Positions 1 to 9,937 of a stretch of DNA of 64,000 nt are shown here, piece after piece. Below the pieces are notes generated by a model that searched no databases, was not told the DNA's origin, and was given only the letters and a program-made list of their open reading frames with translations. How positions within the stretch are numbered: position 1 is the stretch's first letter; each line of letters starts with the position of its first letter. The stretch is from positions 212,627-276,626 of the forward strand of contig CAWITU010000002.1 of assembly GCA_963839205.1 (NCBI GenBank), in the 5' to 3' direction. The position numbers and the translations under genes are program-made. The DNA is from an uncultured bacterium (GTDB taxonomy: Bacteria > Patescibacteriota > Minisyncoccia > Phycocordibacterales > CAWITU01).

Positions 1-73
1 GAACTTTTATAAAAGTCCTTCCAGAAAATAGGCTATATTTCCCAGTGCAAATGTAGAGTATGGCGATGCGCAT
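1..73 (-). CDS. 5' end of a glycosyltransferase gene running off the window (GT6-like N-terminus), partial
   Basis: Minus-strand ATG at 73-71 gives MRIAILYICTGKYSLF. A 1-nt shift in the A4/T4 run near 27-31 restores FWKDFYKS. MRIxILYICTGKY..FWKDFY matches my recollection of bacterial GT6-family N-termini. It starts 10 nt after the stop of the 84..1037 gene on the same strand. Confidence 0.35.
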   Translation of the reverse strand, partial: MRIAILYICTGKYSLFSGRTFIKV

Positions 74-83
74 ATAACAGTAT

Positions 84-1037
84 TTATTTTTTTAAAATAG
101 TATTAGCTATTGCCTCATACTTTTCAGCAATTCGATTCCAATCGAATTGCTTGGAGTAGCTACGAATGTTTTCTCTATTTTTTTCATTTTCTTCACATAA
201 CTTATTTGCCTTTTCGACTAAGTCTTCATCATCAATTGAAACAATTTTTATAAAGGGTAGGGAAAGATCAAGGTTTGCGGAGGCCTCAATACTTATTAAT
301 AGCGAAAGTCCTGCGGCTAAAGCTTCTCCAATAACTAGGGCGTGGGCTTCTCCATCACTCAGTAGAACTAAAACCTTATATTCAGTAAGTTTTTGTTTGA
401 CTTCTTCTCTGGTCCAAGTTCCTAGATACTTTGTCGATTTGTTGTTTACTGAAAAGTTATTATCTGTGATCGGTCCAACGAAGTCTAAGTATGTTTCTGA
501 CTGTCCGGAAAATTTTTTTGATAAATCGGCTTGTTTTTTTCTTGCTTCAATTTTACCTAAACAAATTATATCTTTTGAAGCGATTGGAGAAAAATATATT
601 TTATCTGTTTCCGTTCCGTTTGGTAGGACTTTTATATACCCATTGTAATGAAATTTTAGAAATACTTGTTTAATTTCATCGCTCAACACAATCATTGCGG
701 GTGAAAATAACATTTTTAGGAAAACTAACCAATATCCTCTAAACCATTTTGATGGCCAAGCGGCATATCCATAATGGCTAGTGATAACCAATTTAAAACC
801 ATGTAATTTTGAGAGTAGTATCCAAAGACCCGCAAAATCATCATATTCAAGATGAACCAAATCGTATATTTTTGGATTTGCTTTAAGTGCAGCTCGTAAC
901 CCTTTCTTATTTAGTATATCAACAGCATGGCCCCTCTTTTCAAGATGGATTTTGAGCTGCCAGATTACCGTTTCAACAGCACCCCAGCCATTGCTAGGAA
1001 TTTCCATAATACCCGGGCCAACTAGAAGTATTTTCAT
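84..1037 (-). CDS. glycosyltransferase, GT-B fold (GT4 / family-1-like)
   Basis: 317-aa ORF. The C-terminal LSDGEAHALVIGEALAAGL region resembles the E-x7-E donor-binding region of GT4 enzymes. 4-nt overlap with the upstream gene suggests an operon. Confidence 0.7.
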   Translation of the reverse strand: MKILLVGPGIMEIPSNGWGAVETVIWQLKIHLEKRGHAVDILNKKGLRAALKANPKIYDLVHLEYDDFAGLWILLSKLHGFKLVITSHYGYAAWPSKWFRGYWLVFLKMLFSPAMIVLSDEIKQVFLKFHYNGYIKVLPNGTETDKIYFSPIASKDIICLGKIEARKKQADLSKKFSGQSETYLDFVGPITDNNFSVNNKSTKYLGTWTREEVKQKLTEYKVLVLLSDGEAHALVIGEALAAGLSLLISIEASANLDLSLPFIKIVSIDDEDLVEKANKLCEENEKNRENIRSYSKQFDWNRIAEKYEAIANTILKK

Positions 1038-1813
1038 TGTAATAACAGTCCCTTTAACTTTGTCTTTACTTTTAATTTAAAAATTTGGAAGTTCGATTTA
1101 AATTTTACTCCATGAATTAACGCCGAGTTCCATTTACAAAATTCCATAATATATTTGCCGTCATTTTCTATAAAACCGCCGTGAATGTTTTTTGCTTCAG
1201 CCCAACTACCAATAGTACATCCGGAAATTATGCCTAAAATAGTAATGAGCAGATCCATGAAAGAACCCTCCGGATGATCTATATAAGCTTGTTTTATCTT
1301 GGGTAAATTATATAGACATTTCCTGAAAAATTCCTTCCTATAGATAGTACCGCCACAACCTGTATGCGGATAGGCTATAGCCCCATCCATATATTTACTA
1401 TGATCTATGGATTTCAAATCAAAATAATCGTACCAGAAGATATCAGGCACCCCAGATAAACCCAATGGGCCAGACATATCGTAAAGAGGTTCTTTTTCAA
1501 TTGGTTTTATTGTCAGTATATCAGTTTCGAGAAAAAGCGTGTGAGTCGTGTTATCGTCTCGAAGTCCATATTCAAAAAGATATTCAAACCACTTAAAGTC
1601 GAATGAACCGGTGTTACAGTGGGTATCTTTGTGCCAAATATTTTCAATATCTTTGTAATCACATTTATAACGACTCGCTACATTCTTTGCACTTTTGCCT
1701 CCATTATTGTAAACCAATATTGGTATATTGGGATGGAACTTACGGAAATTTTTTAATGTAAAATCTAGTCTTTCGTGATCATTACACATAAAAATAATGG
1801 CCTTTAGTTTCAT
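1034..1813 (-). CDS. hypothetical protein in the glycan cluster (possible sugar transferase)
   Basis: 259-aa ORF, translationally coupled to the downstream GT4 gene. I recognise no motif apart from a possible LETD (DxD-like) segment. Function is inferred from context only. Confidence 0.5.
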   Translation of the reverse strand: MKLKAIIFMCNDHERLDFTLKNFRKFHPNIPILVYNNGGKSAKNVASRYKCDYKDIENIWHKDTHCNTGSFDFKWFEYLFEYGLRDDNTTHTLFLETDILTIKPIEKEPLYDMSGPLGLSGVPDIFWYDYFDLKSIDHSKYMDGAIAYPHTGCGGTIYRKEFFRKCLYNLPKIKQAYIDHPEGSFMDLLITILGIISGCTIGSWAEAKNIHGGFIENDGKYIMEFCKWNSALIHGVKFKSNFQIFKLKVKTKLKGLLLQ

Positions 1814-1832
1814 ACTTTTTATTATATGTTAA

Positions 1833-3137
1833 TTAGTTAAACCTAAGAAGTAGAGCCCTTGTAAAGATCTTACTCTGTTCTCTGACATGAGGAAGAATAA
1901 AAATTAGAACTAATGGTAATAGATACGAGATACTATTACTGAAGGCTGCACCACTTGCACCAAATTTTGGGATAAGGATTAGGTTGAGGATAATATTTCC
2001 AACCATGCCTGTAAAATTCATTAAGAATATAATTTTTAATTTTTGTTCAGCAATTAAATATTGCTGAAAAGCTATATTGAGAAACATTCCAACCAAAGAC
2101 CATATGTATATACTGAGTAAAATAGCCGATCCCGCGTAAGCAGATCCGTAAAGAATTGGAATAATAAATGGTGAAAGAATGCTTATCGGTAGAGCAATGA
2201 TGACAGATGTATAAAATAGAACGGCATAAAGAATAGCCATGCGCTTTTCAAAGATTGTTCTATTTGTTTTTTTGGCGTTGATGATAGCCGGAAAAAGTGA
2301 AGCGCAAATTACGCTTGGTATGAAAGACCAGGGTTCGGACAGATTGGCGGCAATAGCATATATTCCGACTGTTGCTTGGCCCATAAATATTTGTAACAGG
2401 ACTTGATCAATTCTAAAATAAATTGCGGTAGAAATACTGGAAAGTATAAAAGGCCAACTGTTAGCTATTAGAAAATGTGCTGTATTGGAACTGACTCGCC
2501 ATTTCTTGATACTGTTTCCAAGCGATGTGTACACATATATGTATCCAACAGCGAGTAAAATATATTGTATCGGATAGAGAATCAGGAAAAATATAACCCC
2601 CATATGCAAAAGCACGAAACTTATTTCTATGATTGCGCAAAGGATAGAAGCAACAAAAACAACAATATTACCATATTTCAACATCACTCTAGATTGGAAA
2701 TAAAAATCTATAACGTTAAGTGATTGGAAAATTGTAAATGTTGTGTAAATTAGAAAGATACCAATTAGAGGGGCGGTAATTTTAAAGAATGAAGCGATAA
2801 TGATACACGAGGATATGCTAATTATTGCTCCAAAAAATTTTATAAATAAACCAGTTCCAAGTAGGGTAGAGTCTTCTTCTGGGTTCTCTGTTAATTTCTT
2901 AATTAACAACGAATCAATACCAAAATCGCCTAAGGTCATACAAATACTGGCAAAACTAACAACGAAACTTATTAGGCCGTATTGTGTTGGTCCTAAGTAT
3001 CTAGCAACATAAATACTTATAATAAAGTTGATTGCCAGGGTAAATATTTTTACAGCAAAAAACCAACTGGTGTTTGAAAAATATCTTTTAAAACCAGCAT
3101 AATCAAAAGCTTCACGAGCTATTTTAAATACATCCAT
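1833..3137 (-). CDS. polysaccharide/oligosaccharide flippase (Wzx-like, MOP superfamily)
   Basis: 434-aa, highly hydrophobic, with 12 or more predicted TM segments. The N-terminal FSNTSWFFAVKIFTLAINFI..YVARYLGPTQYG is typical of polysaccharide biosynthesis (Wzx) proteins. Located in the glycan cluster. Confidence 0.65.
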   Translation of the reverse strand: MDVFKIAREAFDYAGFKRYFSNTSWFFAVKIFTLAINFIISIYVARYLGPTQYGLISFVVSFASICMTLGDFGIDSLLIKKLTENPEEDSTLLGTGLFIKFFGAIISISSCIIIASFFKITAPLIGIFLIYTTFTIFQSLNVIDFYFQSRVMLKYGNIVVFVASILCAIIEISFVLLHMGVIFFLILYPIQYILLAVGYIYVYTSLGNSIKKWRVSSNTAHFLIANSWPFILSSISTAIYFRIDQVLLQIFMGQATVGIYAIAANLSEPWSFIPSVICASLFPAIINAKKTNRTIFEKRMAILYAVLFYTSVIIALPISILSPFIIPILYGSAYAGSAILLSIYIWSLVGMFLNIAFQQYLIAEQKLKIIFLMNFTGMVGNIILNLILIPKFGASGAAFSNSISYLLPLVLIFILPHVREQSKIFTRALLLRFN

Positions 3138-3191
3138 TGAGTATAGAGTATGCTACAAGATTTTTGGTCGTTATGCTATAGTTATCGCACT

Positions 3192-5401
3192 ATGACATTA
3201 AATAAAGCCTTGCGCTGGATTAGTATTTTATCAATTTTTGCTATCGCTTTTGTCCCTTTGGTCGTTTCAAGTTATCTTTTTTTTCCATACATTACTGGTA
3301 AAAATGTCCTATTTAGGGCATTAGTTGAAATCGGTTTTGGAGCATGGCTTATTTTGGCTTTTCGAGACAGAAGATATCGTCTACCAGTTTCTTTTATAAC
3401 TGTTGCTTTGGGTGCATTTCTTTTTATACTTTTTATTGCAGACCTTCATGGCGTTTATTGGTATAAAAGTTTTTGGAGTAATTTTGAGAGAATGGAAGGG
3501 CTTGTAACTCATATCCATCTATTTTTATATTTCTTAGTTGTGAGCGCAATGATAAAAGGGGAGAACTTATGGAGACGATTCTTTCAGACATCACTGTGTT
3601 GTAAGTATTATCGTTGGATTTTTTGGTGTCGTTCAGTTGTTTCCCAATGGTTCTTTTATGAGCAATCGTATTGATGCGACCCTAGGAAATGCTGATTATT
3701 TAGCGGTCTATATGCTCTTTAATGCTTTCTTCGCACTTTATTTAATCCTTAGAAAAGAAACTGGCAGGGTGGAGAAATGGATATATTCAGCAGTCACTAT
3801 ATTTGATCTCATTATTATGTACTTCACCGCGACTCGAGGAGTAATTCTCGGTTTTGGTGTCGGTCTATTTGTGATGATGGTTTTCATTTCTATTTTTGAA
3901 AAAGAGAATCTTAATTTAAGAAAATGGTCTAGATGGATTATTGGTGTTTTGATCGCAATTGTTGTTATTTTTGTTTTAGCTGAAAGATGTGCCTGCTGTT
4001 AAAAATAATGCGGTTTTAGGACGCTTTGCTACAGCATCTCTTACTGGTGGTGATATCAGTGCCCGTTTTCAGATTTGGGGCATGGCTTTTCAAGGTTTTA
4101 AAGAGAGACCAATTTTAGGTTGGGGACAGGATAATTTCAATTTTGTTTTCAATAAATATTATAACCCTGGGATGTATGCTCAGGAGCAATGGTTCGATAG
4201 AAGTCATGATGTATTTCTGGATTGGCTGATTGCCGGTGGTATTTTGGGCTTACTTTCATATCTATTAATCTTTGCCGCGGCCGTCTACTATGTATGGAAG
4301 AAAGAGCACCATGCTTTTTTTGAGCGTTTTGTGCCATTCCTTAGAAAATCACAAAACCAACTATCAGTTGTTGAGAAAAGTCTAGTCACTGGGCTATTGG
4401 CTGGTTATTTTTTTCAGAACCTTTTTGTGTTCGATAACATCGTGAGCTACGTACTGTTCTTTTCTGTTTTGGCTTTTGTAGCCAGTATGTCTAAACCAAT
4501 TACTGAGATTGAATATGCCGAACCGAAAAGTGTTTTGGCAAATACTGCCGCAGTTTTAATTATTATATTGGTCTGTGTTGGAGTCTACGAGTTTGCTTGG
4601 AAGCCGTTTATTGCTGCTCATGATTTAGTTTACGCAATTGAAATTCAGCCAACGGGGGATGCAAGTACTAACATGACTTATTTTCAGGATGCACTGAATC
4701 AAAATACTGTAGGTAAGATAGAAATTATAGAACAGTTACTTAATTTTACTTCTGGATTAGTTGGTTCATCAGCAGTAACGCAAGACGCTAAAAATACGTT
4801 TGCTAATTATGCTGCAACTCAAATGCAAGACCAACTAGCTGAAACTCCAAATGATGCAAGAGAACTCCTCTTCTTTGGTGGTTTCCTTGCTGGTATTGGT
4901 TATCCAGATAAAGCTCTTGTTTATTTGCAAGAAGCTCACGCTGCTTCTCCAGAAAAACAGACAATCTCAATTGAGCTCGCATCTGATTACATTGCGCTCA
5001 AACAATATGACAATGCATACAATCTTTTGAAGACAACATATGAATCGGAGACTGCAGATACTCAGGCCGAAGAATTTTATGCTGTTACTGCTGTTTATGA
5101 TAATCATCCGGAGGTTGTAAAACAGTTGTATGGCACAGCTACGCCAGAAGATAGTCAGATAGCTCGAGCCTATATTGATAGCGGTTCATATGCGAATGGA
5201 AAAGCAATCATAACTCAGGAAATTAAAGATAATCCTAATGATGCTTCAAATTATGTACTCTTGGCCGGAATGTATTTAAAACAGGGTGATACAAAAGATG
5301 CGTTGATTTATTTGAACAAAGCTATACAGGTTGACCCAACATATACATCTCAGGTTCAGCCAATCATAGATCAAATTGAAGGTAAGACAGCAACGAATTG
5401 A
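3192..5401 (+). CDS. O-antigen-ligase-like (Wzy_C-type) polytopic membrane protein with C-terminal TPR repeats; frame broken twice as sequenced
   Basis: Three ORF fragments (3150..3674, 3637..4002, 3989..5401) read as one protein once 1-nt shifts near 3597 and 3980-3988 are corrected. Motifs FTATRGVILGFGVG and RFQIWGMAFQGFKERPILGWGQDNF are ligase-like. The C-terminal part has TPR-like repeats (ALVYLQEAHAASP, MYLKQGDTKDALIYLNKAIQVDP). The ATG at 3192 (MTLNKALRW) is more plausible than 3150. Confidence 0.6.
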
Positions 5402-5485
5402 CTTTAAGACTAAGTTGTGATAATGTGGCTCTATGTGAGAGCTGAATACTAATGAGTGAGGCTCTATACAAAGCAAACAACTGGT

Positions 5486-5521
5486 AAAGCCCTCAGCCTC
5501 TGGCTGAGGGCTTTACTTTTG
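5486..5521 (+). terminator. intrinsic terminator
   Basis: 13-bp perfect stem aaagccctcagcc / ggctgagggcttt (5486-5498 / 5502-5514) followed by a T-rich tract. Confidence 0.7.
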
Positions 5522-5576
5522 TGCATGCAATTCGGAATAAGTTTTTACTTCTCAAAATTATTGATACAATATACTA

Positions 5577-5695
5577 GTTCGTTTCAAGTGATGGTCGTCG
5601 GCTGCGCTCACATAAGTTGTTTGCTTTGGAGCTTTGCACCCGACGACCATCACTCGATGGGACCCCACTCCGCAAAAGCTTCGCGGGGTGAGAAA
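5577..5695 (+). ncRNA. candidate small structured RNA of unknown family
   Basis: Extended -10 TGaTACAAT at 5562-5570 (alternative TATACT at 5570-5575). A 15-bp stem follows (5587-5601 / 5640-5654) with a 38-nt loop, then an 8-bp hairpin (5666-5673 / 5683-5690). The only ORF here (5456..5698) runs through the upstream terminator and is not credible. Confidence 0.3.
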
Positions 5696-5962
5696 TAAAA
5701 TAATCAAAATTAAATAATATCTTCGGAAAAATTTTTCAATAATAAAAATTTTTTCGATTTTTTTCTTAATTTAGTTATCCACATATTTTTTATCACACTC
5801 ATTGTATTTGTGTCCATATGTACGATAATTACAGTAAGGTCTTGTGATGGTCTTCGGTCGGATATCGTTACAAGATATTCCTTTAATAATAAAAATAATT
5901 ACTTGTCCAAATTTTTTCCTCAATTAATTTTGAAAAGAAAAAATAAAGGATGAGCAAAAACA

Positions 5963-6037
5963 ATGGCAAAAGCAAAAGCTCGAAAGGCAGCTAAGAAAGT
6001 TACAAAGAAAGTTGCGAAGAAGAAGAAGAGAAGCTAA
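5963..6037 (+). CDS. candidate 24-aa lysine-rich micro-protein (MAKAKARKAAKKVTKKVAKKKKRS)
   Basis: ATG at 5963 with aaagga 12 nt upstream and TAA at 6035-6037. Its own intrinsic terminator lies at 6059-6095. It is too short for the ORF track. Confidence 0.4.
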   Translation: MAKAKARKAAKKVTKKVAKKKKRS

Positions 6038-6058
6038 TCTTCTATTTTCCACTTAAGA

Positions 6059-6095
6059 AAAACCCTCTCCCTCAAACGGAGAGGGTTTTTCTTTG
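6059..6095 (+). terminator. intrinsic terminator
   Basis: 9-bp stem accctctcc / ggagagggt (6062-6070 / 6078-6086) followed by tttttcttt. Confidence 0.75.
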
Positions 6096-6105
6096 CCTCA
6101 TTTTC

Positions 6106-8598
6106 ATGCTAAAATCGTTTCCTATGGCCTTCTTTTCAAATATATTAGGTAATTCCTCAACAAGGCAGGTCAGTGCTTTAAAACCATTGGTTACAAGCAT
6201 TAATTCGCTGGAGGAAAAAATGGCCGCACTTTCACAGGATCAAATCCGTGAGACGACGGAGTCGCTTAAAAAGGAGATAGCCTCGGGTAAAAGTTTAGAT
6301 GATATTTTACCTGAAGCTTTTGCATTAGTTCGAGAAGCTTCTAAGAGAACTTTAAATCAAAGACATTTTGATGTTCAGATTATTGGTGGTGCAATTCTCC
6401 ACTATGGAAAAATTGCTGAAATGAAAACTGGAGAAGGAAAAACTTTAGTTGCAACACTTCCTGCATATTTAAATGCACTTTCTGGTAAAGGAGTTCACAT
6501 CGTCACCGTTAATGATTATCTTTCTCGTAGAGACGCTGTTTGGATGGGCCAAATTTTTGATGTACTGGGTCTTTCCGTTGGAGTGATTAATCACGAGTCA
6601 TCATATCTATACGATTCTAAACATACTGAGATGGATTCAAAGCGAGATGAAGTTGCTTCGTTTAAGGTGGTCTATGAATTTTTAAGACCTTGCACTAGGC
6701 GGGAAGCATATGCGGCAGATATTACCTATGGAACGAATAATGAATTCGGTTTCGATTATTTAAGAGACAATATTGAACTTGATGCTAATAATTTAAGACA
6801 GCGTGGCTATCACTTTGCTATTGTCGATGAAATTGACTCAATTTTGATTGATGAGGCTAGAACCCCTCTCATTATTTCTATGCCGACTACAGAATCTGAA
6901 AATCTTTACACCATTTTTGCCACATTGGTTCGTAAGCTCAATATTGAAGAAGACTACACTGTAGATGAAAAGCTAAAAACCATCTCCTTAACTGATAATG
7001 GAATCACCAAGGCCGAGAAATTGCTTGGTGTTGATAATATTTATACTGAAAAAGGAATTAAATATGTTCACCATCTTGAAACGGCTGTTCGAGCCAAAGC
7101 CCTTTTTGAGAGAGACAAAGCTTATGTCGTTAAAGATGACGAAGTAATTATTGTTGATGAATTTACTGGGCGCCTTCAGCCTGGAAGGCGTTGGTCAGAA
7201 GGGCTCCACCAAGCTATTGAGGCTAAGGAAGGAGTTAAGATCCAAAAGGAATCTAGAACTTATGCTTCTATTACTTTCCAAAATTATTTTCGACTATATG
7301 AAAAGCTCGCTGGCATGACAGGTACTGCCCACACCTCAAGTGAAGAATTTTTCAAAGTATATGGGTTAGACACAGTTGTTATTCCAACTAATAAAGAGGT
7401 CAGAAGAAATGATCAAAACGATCTTATTTTCCAAACTGAGAAGGGTAAGTTTTCAGCAATCGCTAAAAAAATCAAAGAGTTGAATGAAAAAGGACAGCCG
7501 GTTCTTGTTGGCACTGTTTCAATTGAGAAAAATGAATTGCTATCGTCATATCTTTTGCGTGAAGGCGTAAAACATACTCTGCTTAATGCCAAACCAGAAT
7601 ATGCTGAACGTGAAGGTGAAATTATCGCTGAAGCTGGTAAACGAGGAGCCGTAACTATTTCGACAAACATGGCAGGTAGAGGAGTTGATATTAAACTCGG
7701 TGGTGCGGTAAATACTCCGGAATTACACGAAGAAGTTAAAAAGCTCGGTGGGCTATTTGTTTTGGGCACAGAACGGCATGAAGCTAGAAGAATTGATAAC
7801 CAGCTTCGTGGTCGTTCGGGCCGACAGGGAGACCCGGGCGAAACTCAATTCTACGTTTCATTGGAAGACGATTTGATGCGTATTTTTGCAACTGACAGTA
7901 TTAAAAAAATGATGGGACGTTTTGGTATTCCTGAAGATCAGCCAATTGAGAATGGTTTGATAACTCGCGCTCTTGAAAATGCCCAAAGCAAAATTGAAGG
8001 TTTTCATTTTGATGCCAGAAAGCACACTTTGGAATATGACGATGTTATGAACTTCCAGAGAAAGATTGTTTACGAAAGACGTCGAAAATTATTGCTCGGT
8101 GATGATGAGGAGGTACGTCAGGTTTTTGCTAAAATTACTGAAAATGCCACACCTGAAAAGGTAGAAATTATTGAAAAGAAAAAAACCGAGCTAGGTGAGG
8201 CGCTCTTCTATAATTCACTCAAAAAATTAATGCTCCAGACTAATGATATGTTCTGGATTGATCACCTTGAGATGATGGATTATCTTCGGGGCAGTGTAAA
8301 TCTTAGAGCTTATGGTCAAAGAGATCCTCTGGTTGAATATAAGAGAGAGGGGCTTAGGTTGTTTAAAGAAATGGAAGAATCGGTTAGCCAGGAAATTCTG
8401 CGCGCCGTCTCTTTTGTCGCTCCAACTCCAATGGTGACTGTTACACCAAATATAATTCCAGTTCAAACACAGACTATATATCCAAAAGGGGATGTCGGCA
8501 GAAATGATCCATGTCCTTGCGGATCTGGAAAGAAATGGAAAAAATGTGGTGAACTAAATACTGAAGAACATCAGAAACTAATGAGTCAGAAGAAGTAA
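6106..8598 (+). CDS. secA: preprotein translocase ATPase SecA
   Basis: 830-aa ORF with SecA motifs (MKTGEGKTLVATLPAYLNAL, DEIDSILIDEARTPLIIS, TNMAGRGVDIKLGG, RGRSGRQGDPG) and the C-terminal zinc motif CPCGSGKKWKKCG. An alternative start at 6124 (MAFFSNILG) is possible. Confidence 0.95.
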   Translation: MLKSFPMAFFSNILGNSSTRQVSALKPLVTSINSLEEKMAALSQDQIRETTESLKKEIASGKSLDDILPEAFALVREASKRTLNQRHFDVQIIGGAILHYGKIAEMKTGEGKTLVATLPAYLNALSGKGVHIVTVNDYLSRRDAVWMGQIFDVLGLSVGVINHESSYLYDSKHTEMDSKRDEVASFKVVYEFLRPCTRREAYAADITYGTNNEFGFDYLRDNIELDANNLRQRGYHFAIVDEIDSILIDEARTPLIISMPTTESENLYTIFATLVRKLNIEEDYTVDEKLKTISLTDNGITKAEKLLGVDNIYTEKGIKYVHHLETAVRAKALFERDKAYVVKDDEVIIVDEFTGRLQPGRRWSEGLHQAIEAKEGVKIQKESRTYASITFQNYFRLYEKLAGMTGTAHTSSEEFFKVYGLDTVVIPTNKEVRRNDQNDLIFQTEKGKFSAIAKKIKELNEKGQPVLVGTVSIEKNELLSSYLLREGVKHTLLNAKPEYAEREGEIIAEAGKRGAVTISTNMAGRGVDIKLGGAVNTPELHEEVKKLGGLFVLGTERHEARRIDNQLRGRSGRQGDPGETQFYVSLEDDLMRIFATDSIKKMMGRFGIPEDQPIENGLITRALENAQSKIEGFHFDARKHTLEYDDVMNFQRKIVYERRRKLLLGDDEEVRQVFAKITENATPEKVEIIEKKKTELGEALFYNSLKKLMLQTNDMFWIDHLEMMDYLRGSVNLRAYGQRDPLVEYKREGLRLFKEMEESVSQEILRAVSFVAPTPMVTVTPNIIPVQTQTIYPKGDVGRNDPCPCGSGKKWKKCGELNTEEHQKLMSQKK

Positions 8599-8605
8599 TT
8601 ATTTT

Positions 8606-9157
8606 ATGATTATTGGCCTCACTGGAACAATCGGAGCTGGAAAAGGAACGGTTGTTGAGTATCTAAAAAGAGTCGGATTTAAACATTACTCCGTTAGAGA
8701 TTTTTTAGTCATTGAAATTGAGAAAAGGGGTATGCCGATGACACGCGATAGTATGGTTGTAATTGCTGATCAGTTAAGACAAGAATATGGCCCTGGCTAT
8801 ATCATGTTTCAAATGCTCGAAAAGGCCGAGAAAGAAGGAGGAAATTCCATAATTGAATCTATAAGAGCAGTGGGTGAAATTGAGGCGCTTCGCGAGAAGG
8901 CTCATGATTTTTATTTGATAGCAGTAGATGCTCCGATTGAAATAAGATACGAAAGGGTTGTTAAACGTGGGAGTTTTACTGACCATATAACCTTTGAGAA
9001 ATTTAAAGAAGATGAAGCTAGGGAGAGTAAACATGGTGAAAAATGGCAAAAAGATTTGCCGACATGTATAGCTTTGTCAGACGTCATTATTCATAATGAC
9101 ACTACCGTCAGTAAATTAGAAGAAAAAGTGGAGGCATACCTTCAGGGAAAAATTTAG
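8606..9157 (+). CDS. P-loop nucleotide kinase (dephospho-CoA-kinase-like / dNMP-kinase-like)
   Basis: 183 aa. The N-terminal IIGLTGTIGAGKGT Walker A resembles the CoaE / nucleoside-monophosphate kinase family. The exact substrate cannot be assigned. Confidence 0.5.
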   Translation: MIIGLTGTIGAGKGTVVEYLKRVGFKHYSVRDFLVIEIEKRGMPMTRDSMVVIADQLRQEYGPGYIMFQMLEKAEKEGGNSIIESIRAVGEIEALREKAHDFYLIAVDAPIEIRYERVVKRGSFTDHITFEKFKEDEARESKHGEKWQKDLPTCIALSDVIIHNDTTVSKLEEKVEAYLQGKI

Positions 9158-9161
9158 TATA

Positions 9162-9920
9162 TTGTCACAAATGAATATAATTGAAGTTAATAAATTAGTA
9201 AAAGAATTTAAAGGGGTTCGTGCTGTGGACGAGCTATCTTTCAATGTTGAAGAGGGAACGATTACCGGCCTTCTCGGTCCAAATGGTGCTGGTAAAACCA
9301 CAACCATTCAAATGATTCTAGATCTCATTACACCAACTTCTGGCTCAATTAAAATTTTCGGACTAGATATGAGACATCATCGAGGAGAAATTTTAGGCAA
9401 AGTTAATTTTTCTTCGCCATATGTTGCACTCCCAACAAATTTGAAAGTAATTGAAAACTTAAAGACCTTTGCACGTCTGTATGGAGTGAAGAATCTTGAT
9501 GAAAGAATAAACGAATTAGTTGATTTTTTTGATATTCGAAGCCTGTTGCCTAAAATGACGTCGGCTCTCTCAACTGGCCAGCTTACTCGACTTAATTTAA
9601 CTAAGTCTTTGCTTAATAACCCAAAGCTACTTCTATTGGACGAGCCGACCGCATCTTTAGATCCTGATATTGCAGATCGTACTCGAAAGCTACTTCAGAA
9701 AATTCAAAAGGAGAAAAAGGTAACCATTCTTTATACTTCTCATGATATGAAAGAGGTCGAAGAAATTTGTGACAGGGTCATTTTTATTCAGAAAGGTAAA
9801 TTGAAGGATGATGGAACACCAGTCGAGCTAATTAAAAAGTATGGAAAAGAAGATTTGAATGATGTTTTCCTTGATATAGCTAGGGGTACTGATAAGGAAA
9901 CTGTTGGTTGGGATGATTAA
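9162..9920 (+). CDS. ABC transporter ATP-binding protein (ABC-2 exporter type)
   Basis: Walker A GPNGAGKTT, signature LSTGQLTRL, Walker B LLLLDEPTASLD. An in-frame ATG at 9171 (MNIIEVNKL) is the likelier start than TTG at 9162. Confidence 0.85.
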   Translation: MSQMNIIEVNKLVKEFKGVRAVDELSFNVEEGTITGLLGPNGAGKTTTIQMILDLITPTSGSIKIFGLDMRHHRGEILGKVNFSSPYVALPTNLKVIENLKTFARLYGVKNLDERINELVDFFDIRSLLPKMTSALSTGQLTRLNLTKSLLNNPKLLLLDEPTASLDPDIADRTRKLLQKIQKEKKVTILYTSHDMKEVEEICDRVIFIQKGKLKDDGTPVELIKKYGKEDLNDVFLDIARGTDKETVGWDD

Positions 9921-9937
9921 AAATAATAAAAATATTT

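Noticed and set aside
5456-5698. 80-aa ORF in the secA upstream region
   Set aside because: It spans an intrinsic terminator and two long hairpins, and it has no RBS. The region is better explained as RNA structure.
5402-6105. Replication origin: a perfect DnaA box TTATCCACA at 5775-5783 in a 700-bp AT-rich intergenic region, near a minus-to-plus gene-strand switch at about 3140, plus a second perfect box at 40446-40454
   Set aside because: There is only one perfect box per site, and the near-matches are poor. No dnaA or dnaN is adjacent. I cannot compute GC skew reliably by hand. It is worth a formal skew and box-cluster scan, but the sequence here does not support the call.
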